64,000 nucleotides of DNA from a virus. Of the stretch, positions 56,618 to 64,000 are shown in pieces. The number at the start of each line of letters is the position of its first letter. Position 1 is the stretch's first letter. The notes below the pieces were generated by a model, which was given only the letters and a program-made list of their open reading frames with translations, had not been told where the DNA came from and ran no database searches. The position numbers and the translations under genes were made by a program. Location: IMG/VR virus record IMGVR_UViG_3300022562_001990, positions 5,440 to 69,439 of that record; one strand, written 5' to 3'.

Positions 56618-58825
56618 ATGGAAAACCTTTTCTCAGAAGACCCGATGTTCCGCAGGGTTCAGTACAAGAAACTCTCGGACAACGTGCGGGAGTGGCAGCA
56701 GGAAATCAGCGCCATGGTGGACGAGAAGCTGCCGAAGGACCTCGGCCTCTCCACGACGGTGACCTTCCAGAAGGTGGACGACGAGAAAGGGTACGCCGTC
56801 GGATCGGCAGTTGCCACCGACCCGTCGAACGGGAGCTCGATCGGTATCCCCATCATCGTCAAGGCCTGGCACCTCGCGCCGCTCGACCTCTTCTTCAAAG
56901 ATGGGAAGGTCTACCCTCTCAGCGACGACAACCTGGCGAAGCTCTTCTACCAGAGCAGCCTTGGCGCCGGAATCGCAACCCAGCGCCGTCCTCCGAATCT
57001 CACGGATGACGTTTTCGCCGACACTCGCAACCCGCCCATGGGTGGCAAGTACTCCTATTCGTCTCCCGTCTCGATGCTCAGCATCATCGGCGGAACGCTG
57101 GGCGCCAACGATCTGCGCATGCTCAAAACCGCAGTCGAGAAGGACCCGCGGATCCTCGCCGGCTTCAAGCGTCGCAACAATTTCGATCTCATCTGCAAAT
57201 ACGCCAGCGACAAACCTAAGCCGACGGAGCAGGACGCCGAAAACCGAGAGCGGACCATGTCCACTTTCACGATCAAGAAGGATGGTCCCAACAAGTACCG
57301 GCTCTTCTCGGCTCCAGACGAGGTCTACGACCCCGTCATGGTCTCCACCGATCGCCAGGGCCTCAAGGCCTTCCTCGACATGCGCAGGGCGGAGCTCTGG
57401 GACTATGAGCAAGACCCCTTCATCTGCCTCGATCGCTTCGGACACTTCACCCTGACGCCTCCGAAGCCTGTCTATGGCCAAGAGGTCGATGGTCCATCCG
57501 GCAATGGCGTCGATGGCTCTGGCTCCTACGCCGCAAGCCTTGGGCCACACAGGAACCCCTGGGTCTTCGACCCTCTTCAGGACGACCGAATCGTCTCCAC
57601 CGTCGACAAGTTCGGCCGCTACGGAGTCAAGGACAGCGATGGCGTCCTGGCGAAGGGTTGGGTCATTCCCAACGTGGTTGGATTCGACGGCAACTCGAAG
57701 CCGATCAAGCTCTTCCTTGGCAAGGCGCTCGCCTCGATGCAAAGCCGCATCGCAGGAATTCCAATCAACGACGATGCCGATGTCTCCCTGAAGGCCGACC
57801 GCCCAGACACCGGGAAAATCGGCACCCTTGTCTACCGCGACGGAGAGCGGATCCTCGCTACGGTACCTTTCCAGGTCACCAGCGTTACGGTCTACAAGAA
57901 CCTTCGCAGCCTTGGGGTCAACGACTACCAGGGCAAGCAGGCGAACCTCATCCTCTCACCTAACGTCAACGGCATCGTCAAGCTCACCGACAGCCAGCGC
58001 AGCGACCTCGGCCCGCTCATGGGCCCCGGCGACAACTACTTGGTCTCGGCCAAGATGTTCTTCGTCCGGATGCCTCGCCTATGTACGGTTTCGGAGAGCC
58101 CCGACGACTTCAAGAGGATCGCCCTCGAGCACCTCGACAAGAATCCCGTCAAGGTCGCCACCGCCAACGGTCGCTACATCTTCCGCGGAGGACAGATCGC
58201 CAAGTACGCCTCTGTTCGCCCTCAGGGGAAGACTCCTGTGGGAGAGAAGGTGGCTTTCGACTTCAACAACCTCGCTCGCCATGAGGCGGAGTTCCTTTTG
58301 AGCTACTGGGGGCTCGACCACACGAAGACCGCAGAGGTTCTCGATGGGGTTCGAAACCGCATCCAGCTCGAAGTCCACCACCTTTCCTTCCCCTCGACAG
58401 AGCTGCGAGTCAAGACGGCGTCTCCAAGCAAGAAGCGTCTCATCGAAACGATGAAACCGCCCATTGACGAGCTCGCCAAGATCGCCGCCAGCATCGATGA
58501 CGCCCAGGCCGTCGATGCCGTCCTGTCGCTTGGGTTCATCAACGAGTCGAATGTGGCCCGGTTCGCAGCGGCAAAGCCGATGCTCTGGGAGGTAAGCCAC
58601 ATGCTCTCGAAGCTTCTTCTTGCCTCGCGGCTCGGAATGGAGGACATCCCCGAAGAACACGCGCGCGCTGCGCTCAACCATCTTCAGAAGGTCATCCAGG
58701 GCCTTGGGCGACTGAAGATGCTGGAGTCCCACACAGAAAAAACCGCGGCCCCCAGGCGTACCGCCCGTAAACCTGTCGGCGGCCGCCTCATTGAGGCCGC
58801 GGCTCCCATTGGGTTCGCGCGATGA
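56618..58825 (+). CDS. Large K-x-A-rich protein (putative head/inner protein)
   Basis: ATG 56618 after AGGAG; KTAV, KYAS x2, KVAF, KTAE, KTAS, KIAA, KTAA. Confidence 0.7.
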   Translation: MENLFSEDPMFRRVQYKKLSDNVREWQQEISAMVDEKLPKDLGLSTTVTFQKVDDEKGYAVGSAVATDPSNGSSIGIPIIVKAWHLAPLDLFFKDGKVYPLSDDNLAKLFYQSSLGAGIATQRRPPNLTDDVFADTRNPPMGGKYSYSSPVSMLSIIGGTLGANDLRMLKTAVEKDPRILAGFKRRNNFDLICKYASDKPKPTEQDAENRERTMSTFTIKKDGPNKYRLFSAPDEVYDPVMVSTDRQGLKAFLDMRRAELWDYEQDPFICLDRFGHFTLTPPKPVYGQEVDGPSGNGVDGSGSYAASLGPHRNPWVFDPLQDDRIVSTVDKFGRYGVKDSDGVLAKGWVIPNVVGFDGNSKPIKLFLGKALASMQSRIAGIPINDDADVSLKADRPDTGKIGTLVYRDGERILATVPFQVTSVTVYKNLRSLGVNDYQGKQANLILSPNVNGIVKLTDSQRSDLGPLMGPGDNYLVSAKMFFVRMPRLCTVSESPDDFKRIALEHLDKNPVKVATANGRYIFRGGQIAKYASVRPQGKTPVGEKVAFDFNNLARHEAEFLLSYWGLDHTKTAEVLDGVRNRIQLEVHHLSFPSTELRVKTASPSKKRLIETMKPPIDELAKIAASIDDAQAVDAVLSLGFINESNVARFAAAKPMLWEVSHMLSKLLLASRLGMEDIPEEHARAALNHLQKVIQGLGRLKMLESHTEKTAAPRRTARKPVGGRLIEAAAPIGFAR

Positions 58826-58831
58826 TTCTTC

Positions 58832-59728
58832 GTGCGTTACCCATACGAGCGATTTCTACGGTTCCTTGTATCGCGTAAGGTACCGGTCGATCGGACGCTA
58901 GACCGCTATGGCCTTCCGTCTGTCGGCGCGCTGTGGGAAGCCGATTGTCGGACGAACATCCGCAAGTCGGCTCCCTACTCCGTTTCGCAGTACATAGACG
59001 CGGACGACGACCAGGAGCTTGTCGCTCGAGAGGGCTTCATCGAGTGGGCGGAGAAGGAGGGCTTCGCTCCTCTCTGGATGATTCAGCGCGAATTCGGAGG
59101 GGCCAAGCCGTCCCCCGCTCTCGACACGGCGTTCCAAATCTTCGTAAACCCACATGCGCGAGCTGTCGTGGGAATGCTCCTCTTGTCAGAGGTTCCCTCG
59201 GACGAGATCTGTAGCCTTGTTCAGACGCGGTTCGACCTGGGCGTCGACGAGGAGACGCTAGATCTCTACACAACCATCTTCTGGGATATCGAGCTCCTTG
59301 GCAGGGCCGGATGGCAAGCCTTCATGGCCGAGCTCAAGACCAAGGAGGAGCGCCATTACATCGGCCTTGGCCTTGGCTCCCCGAGCTCGGCCGATGCCCG
59401 TCGCTACCTGGGCGTCGAGGTCAACTTTGACCCGGAGGCGATCCTCAAGGACCTCGCCCTTACCGCGCACACCCAGTACAAAGCTTGCATGGCCCAGCCG
59501 GACCCTGAGTCGGCCGGCGCCCTCAAATGGCACGATGCCACCATCAAGGCAATCAACTCTCTCGGAACGACCAAGAAGGCCTTTGGAGGAGACGACGAGA
59601 TCGGGGCAAGCGACTTCAACAGCATGTTCTCGGTGCAGATTGAAAAGATTCAACACGTATCACTGACCGAGCTCGTCGGAGAGGTTTCGCCGAAGGACGA
59701 CAACAGCAAGACCCCCGAGGAAGAGTAG
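58832..59728 (+). CDS. Hypothetical protein, possibly terminase small subunit
   Basis: Directly upstream of and coupled to TerL; position only. Confidence 0.5.
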   Translation: MRYPYERFLRFLVSRKVPVDRTLDRYGLPSVGALWEADCRTNIRKSAPYSVSQYIDADDDQELVAREGFIEWAEKEGFAPLWMIQREFGGAKPSPALDTAFQIFVNPHARAVVGMLLLSEVPSDEICSLVQTRFDLGVDEETLDLYTTIFWDIELLGRAGWQAFMAELKTKEERHYIGLGLGSPSSADARRYLGVEVNFDPEAILKDLALTAHTQYKACMAQPDPESAGALKWHDATIKAINSLGTTKKAFGGDDEIGASDFNSMFSVQIEKIQHVSLTELVGEVSPKDDNSKTPEEE

Positions 59729-61506
59729 TGGACGTTGTCGAGCAAGAAATCGATGAGCTCGATGAGATGGATGTCGATCCGTTCGACTTCACCGACAAGG
59801 CATTCGACCAGCCAAATCTCGTTCCAGAGATCGATTGGAACGAGATCTACGATTGGCAGCCACGCCTAAAAGAGATTCACAAGCCAGGTTCGACTAGCGC
59901 CTCCTTCACAGGGAGGAAGAGTGACATTGCACAGGCAATTCTCTACCACCTCGGCAAGCCACTACGACTCGACAACCACGCCTTCATGCTTCCGGTCTTC
60001 AACTCGAACGACCCGCGCATGGTCCTCAAGTGTTCTCGCCAGGTCGCAAAGTCCACGACCCTTTGCAACATTCAGATTCTCGAATCAGTCATCAGGCCAC
60101 ACTGGAGAAGCCTCTACGTCTCCCCGTCCGCCCTGCAGACCAGGCAGTACTCCAATGAGAAGCTACGCCCCACGATCTACGATTCGCCCTTCCTGAAGCG
60201 GGTCTTCGTCGGCAAGGGCATCACCGACCAGGTCTTCGAGAAGACGCTGCTCAATGGCTCCTACATGTTCCTGCGGTATGCATTCCTTACCGCAGCTCGA
60301 GCTCGAGGTATTCCAGCCTCGAGGGTTCTCTTCGACGAGACCCAGGATCTCCTCAAGGACAACATCAAGGTCATCTCGCAGTCGCTCTCAGCGTCGCGAC
60401 TTTCCGCAGGTGTCGAAGGTGCGGAGCTCCTGGCCGGCACCCCCCTCACTTTCTCGAACACCCTCGAGGAGTACTGGAAGTGGTCAACTCAGAACGAGTG
60501 GCTTGTTCCATGTGACTGCAAGACACCGCGCTATTGGAACTTCCTTGACTCGAAAAACATCGGCAAAGACGGACTGATTTGTTCGAACTGTCAGAGGCCA
60601 CTCAATGCACAGGCCGGGCAGTGGGTCACCTTCGAGCCGAACGAGTTCTACACCGGGTACCACATCTCTCAGCTCATGGTGCCATGGAAGCAGTCGGCCG
60701 AGGCATGGCGCGCTGAGATCTATCAACCCTTCGAGAAATGGCCCGAGTCGAAGTTCAACAACGAGATCCTCGGCTTCTCCTTCGACAACGCGTCCTCGCC
60801 CGTCACGAGGATGGATCTTCAGCAGAACTGCTACCCAACCAAGCAGGTCCGCGGCGTAGACAACCAGCGCTTCACTTTTCAGCGAACCCCGAGGCACTCG
60901 GGAATGCGAATCTTCGCCGGGATCGACTGGGGCGAGGGCCGCGAAGAAGGCGAGGTCGCCGGCGGCAAGAAGAAGTTCGCCTCCTGGACCGTGCTCACAA
61001 TCGGAGGCTACATCGGCAGCGATGAGTTCTGGCCTTTCCTAATGAAACGCTACACCGGGAAGGAGGTTGACCCCGAGCTCATCCTTCCGGACGTTCTCCA
61101 CCTCTGCTCCTACTGGAACGTGGAGATCATCGGAGCCGACTGGGGACACGGATGGGGAATGAACAGCAGGCTCTTCAAGGCCCGTGGCCGCGAAGGGGTC
61201 ATGCAGTTCGCCTATTCTTCGAACCTTGGAGAGCGCAAGCGTTGGGACGCTAACGCCTTCAAGTTCATCATCAACCGGAACGCGGTCCTCTCCCAGTTCT
61301 TCCAGGGCATCAAACAGAACAAATTCATCTTTCCGGAGTGGGAGCATTTCGAGCCTTTCGCGAAGGATATCCTCGCGGAATATGTGGAGTACAATGAGCG
61401 CACCCGGACGATGATGTACGACCACCCCATTGACCAGCCTGATGATGCCCTTCACAGTGCGGTCTATTGCAAGCTGGCGGCTGACATCGCCATGGGGAGG
61501 TTCTAG
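59728..61506 (+). CDS. terL: Terminase large subunit (lambda GpA-like)
   Basis: VLKCSRQVAKST (Walker A variant), VLFDE, AGTP, CDC...CSNC, nuclease AGIDWG and DDALHS. Confidence 0.88.
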   Translation: MDVVEQEIDELDEMDVDPFDFTDKAFDQPNLVPEIDWNEIYDWQPRLKEIHKPGSTSASFTGRKSDIAQAILYHLGKPLRLDNHAFMLPVFNSNDPRMVLKCSRQVAKSTTLCNIQILESVIRPHWRSLYVSPSALQTRQYSNEKLRPTIYDSPFLKRVFVGKGITDQVFEKTLLNGSYMFLRYAFLTAARARGIPASRVLFDETQDLLKDNIKVISQSLSASRLSAGVEGAELLAGTPLTFSNTLEEYWKWSTQNEWLVPCDCKTPRYWNFLDSKNIGKDGLICSNCQRPLNAQAGQWVTFEPNEFYTGYHISQLMVPWKQSAEAWRAEIYQPFEKWPESKFNNEILGFSFDNASSPVTRMDLQQNCYPTKQVRGVDNQRFTFQRTPRHSGMRIFAGIDWGEGREEGEVAGGKKKFASWTVLTIGGYIGSDEFWPFLMKRYTGKEVDPELILPDVLHLCSYWNVEIIGADWGHGWGMNSRLFKARGREGVMQFAYSSNLGERKRWDANAFKFIINRNAVLSQFFQGIKQNKFIFPEWEHFEPFAKDILAEYVEYNERTRTMMYDHPIDQPDDALHSAVYCKLAADIAMGRF

Positions 61507-61893
61507 GTGGCCCTTGGTCTCCGAACGATGGAGCAGAGAATGCAGGCAGGGAGCGACTTTGACGGCTCTCTGCCTACTACGACAGTCGTTCGTGCCGATG
61601 GCATTGAGGCCTATCCTCCGGACACGGTGGGAGGACTTTTTGACTTCGCTCTGAAGGCTCCGGTCTTCGTCCGGAGTGTTGAGCTCAAGCTCGACGGCCA
61701 AACTGCCTGGACCGTCCACAAGCGCGACAAGGAGGGCGACGAGCTCCTCATCCTCTGCGGGACCACCGAGACCGATTTTCTCACGACCCTGGCCGACTCC
61801 TTCGTCCTCACGAACCTCCAGACCCTGGTCGTGAGAACGACCGGATCGTCCTCTCCAATCATCGCCCGCGTAACCATCCAGTCCCCGGTTTGA
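61507..61893 (+). CDS. Small beta-rich hypothetical protein
   Basis: GGGGAGG RBS; abuts the TerL stop. Confidence 0.65.
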   Translation: MALGLRTMEQRMQAGSDFDGSLPTTTVVRADGIEAYPPDTVGGLFDFALKAPVFVRSVELKLDGQTAWTVHKRDKEGDELLILCGTTETDFLTTLADSFVLTNLQTLVVRTTGSSSPIIARVTIQSPV

Positions 61894-61897
61894 TCAA

Positions 61898-62266
61898 ATG
61901 GCTTTTCGTAACGGCGTAGCATCGTGCAGGCTCTGCGACTCCGGAGGAACTACGCCTGGTTCTGGTCTCTCGCCGCTCGACCGGAGGATCGTTTTTGCAA
62001 CGGTCACAGCACCCATCAACCCCAATGTCGATGTCTCTGGGCCTGCCGGCGACAACAACCTAGACACAGATCTCGGCGACCTGTCGACGGCAGCCTTCCT
62101 GGCTGGGTACGACATTTTTCTCAACGGAAACCGCCAAACGAGTGGCAGTGGTGCGGGTTCGGGCAGAGACGTGTATCCTGGGACTAGCTTGGCCTTGGGT
62201 CAGCTTCGTTTTGAGAAGAAACTCAAGGTCGGAGATGTCATCACTCTCATCGACTTGGATGGGTGA
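61898..62266 (+). CDS. Stand-alone paralogue of the C-terminal domain of 62333..63900
   Basis: Shares DNNLDTDLGDLS, YDIFLNG, DVYPGTSLA and FEKK.K.GDVIT.ID. Confidence 0.75.
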   Translation: MAFRNGVASCRLCDSGGTTPGSGLSPLDRRIVFATVTAPINPNVDVSGPAGDNNLDTDLGDLSTAAFLAGYDIFLNGNRQTSGSGAGSGRDVYPGTSLALGQLRFEKKLKVGDVITLIDLDG

Positions 62267-62282
62267 CCGTCCAAAAACCCAG

Positions 62283-62291
62283 TGTTAGAAT
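62283..62291 (+). promoter_or_regulatory. Extended -10 promoter TGTTAGAAT
   Basis: TGn+TAGAAT in the gap before 62333. Confidence 0.55.
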
Positions 62292-62332
62292 TTTCTACGT
62301 TCACCATCCAGTAGCTCAAAGAGGGGATCCCA

Positions 62333-63900
62333 ATGGCCATTCAACTTCTCGATCAAGAAACGCAGATTCGGCAGTCCTACCCGGTTGCCAACTACAACGA
62401 CACCATCGCACCGTCCGAAGCCAACTTCGAGACGAACCCAGCGAACCTCAACGACGACCTCAACAACATCCGCTCGATGTTGTCGCGGCTCCTCGATGTG
62501 CAGGTGGGCAACTGGTGGGATGACATCAATACGCCGTCTGCCCTCGACACGGGTTCCCAGCGCGGCGTCAACGACCTCAACACCGACCTCCATGCCCTGG
62601 AGCGCAAGCGCGTCCTCGTGGACACTTTTGTGCACGTCGATGTCACGGTCTCCGCTGCGCAGAACTGGGAGGTTCTGCTTCTTGGCGAACTGCCGACAAA
62701 CACTACCGCGGCAGTCGGTGCGGTGACCACTGCGGGAATCGTTGCTGCACAAGCCACATCGTTCGGTGCTCACAACCTCGACGAGGTTTCGGGTGCCACC
62801 AACGTCTCGCCGAAGAACCTCTGCACCATCGTTGACTCGGTGACGCACGATCCGATCCTGTCGAGCGGTCGAACTATCTACGCTCTATTCCAGACGGAGA
62901 ACGGTACCGACGGTCACACGATGACCGGCACCACACCGAATCAAGCTCAGCTGTCTTTCGTCCGTCTCAATGCAGCGGGTACCGATCTCGAGGCCGTCCC
63001 TGTGGCCGACATCGAGAACAAGATCATTCACTACTCGGTGCGCGAGCGTAAGGCTCTCGAAGACATCACCGAGCAGGACTTCCTCAAGGGTGCCAACATT
63101 GACATCCCGACGTCTGCCACGGTGGATCGTCAGACCGCCTACGACAACCAGGGCGCAACCCCGGTCAACGTCACCACGAACAGCACCCTTGACCTCGAGG
63201 GCCCTGGTCTGGAGTGGATCATCCGCGATGATCTGGAGGCGAATCTCGTCCGCGTCATCGAAGGAAGCGCCTGTTCGACAACAACGCGGTCGTCAACGAC
63301 TTCGAGAATGGAGCGAGCTTCGACACTGGCGCGGCTGGCACCACGATCAACGTCGGTGTCACCGCCAACCAAATCGATGCGGGTGGCGTGCTCTCGGTTG
63401 CCTCTGGCGGTTCCGCGGACCTCAACCTCGTTGCCGCCCTCGAGCTCAACCTGACCGACTCCTACCGAGCCGGCTCCACCTGGTCGCTTACGGACGGCAT
63501 CATGCTGGCCGGCAGCTCCCAGGAGTGGTCGGACTTCGAGACGGCCTTCGGTGAGGTCTCGCTCCTCGACGCTATCGTCCAGGCCAAGAACACCACCGGA
63601 CGTCGCCGGGTGGTCTCGATCGCCACGGCTGATGTCAATGCCGACACTGATATCTCAGGACCGTCCAACGACAACAACCTGGACACGGATCTGGGTGACC
63701 TGTCGGCCGGCACCTTCGCCACCGCCACCGGCGCTGGTGACTACGACATCTTCCTCAACGGTGCTCTCCAGGTGAACGGCATCGATGCCGCAGCCAACAA
63801 GGACGTGTACCCAGGAACTTCGCTTGCCAACGGCCAGCTCAAGTTCGAGAAGAAGATCAAGACCGGCGACGTCATCACGGTCATCGACTGGGTCAACTAA
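62333..63900 (+). pseudogene. Virion fibre/decoration-like protein with a frameshift near 63270
   Basis: Protein-like to ...VIEGSA, then continues in the -1 frame as LFDNNAVVNDFENG... to TAA 63900. Confidence 0.75.
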
Positions 63901-63923
63901 ACCTAGCTCCTGGCTGACTTAGC

Positions 63924-63958
63924 AAGGGCGCCTCTTCTCAGGGGCGCCCTTTCTTATT
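63924..63958 (+). terminator. Rho-independent terminator
   Basis: AAGGGCGCCTC-loop-GGGGCGCCCTT followed by TCTTATT. Confidence 0.8.
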
Positions 63959-64000
63959 AGGATGTCTGCCATGGCAACCGACAAAGCAAACATCATCAAG

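Larger units (their letters stand above)
1..64000. mobile_element. Fragment of a large contractile-tail bacteriophage genome (likely jumbo phage)
   Basis: Terminase, portal, tape measure, baseplate J/gp25-like and tail fibre genes plus RNAP, sigma, SSB and SNF2 helicase. Genes are densely packed and no host housekeeping context is present. Confidence 0.93.

Noticed and set aside
46448-61506. Inteins or introns in RNAP, portal or terminase
   Set aside because: Conserved motifs follow at compact spacing, and no splice-junction or homing-endonuclease motifs were seen.
61980-63900. Possible DGR template/variable repeat pair
   Set aside because: Differences are mostly synonymous and not adenine-specific, indels are present, and no reverse transcriptase is in the window.
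1-64000. Alternative genetic code (stop codon reassignment)
   Set aside because: TAA, TAG and TGA all end coupled genes, and long ORFs are intact in code 11.
1-64000. High frequency of TCGA-containing palindromes (CTCGAG, GTCGAC)
   Set aside because: Explained by CTC/GTC/ATC followed by GAG/GAC codon usage; not a discrete element.

Overview
This is a fragment of a GC-rich (roughly 60% by eye) large tailed-phage genome, probably a jumbo myovirus, using the standard genetic code. No tRNA, rRNA or CRISPR array was seen. The + strand carries virion and morphogenesis genes: tail chaperones, tape measure, hub, baseplate wedges, tail fibre/spike, putative head-internal proteins, portal, lysis-like membrane genes and a GpA-type terminase. 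Embedded among them are a compact 2062-aa single-chain RNA polymerase (beta fused to beta') and a sigma70-family factor inside the baseplate operon. Short minus-strand islands (SNF2 helicase/methyltransferase block, SSB block, small membrane proteins) are each headed by the same octamer, GGCATAAG. Several + strand genes instead have sigma70-like -10 boxes, four of them apparently leaderless. A recurring (F-x-D-E-L-x)-K-x-A peptide motif marks many non-tail late proteins, including the sigma N-terminus. Working hypothesis (inference): a virion-packaged, protease-matured RNAP+sigma system transcribes early genes from GGCATAAG promoters. Two structural genes are frameshifted, one by an exact 11-bp tandem duplication, and a -1 frameshift probably joins the tail chaperone ORFs. 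All product calls come from motif recognition only; no database search was run.
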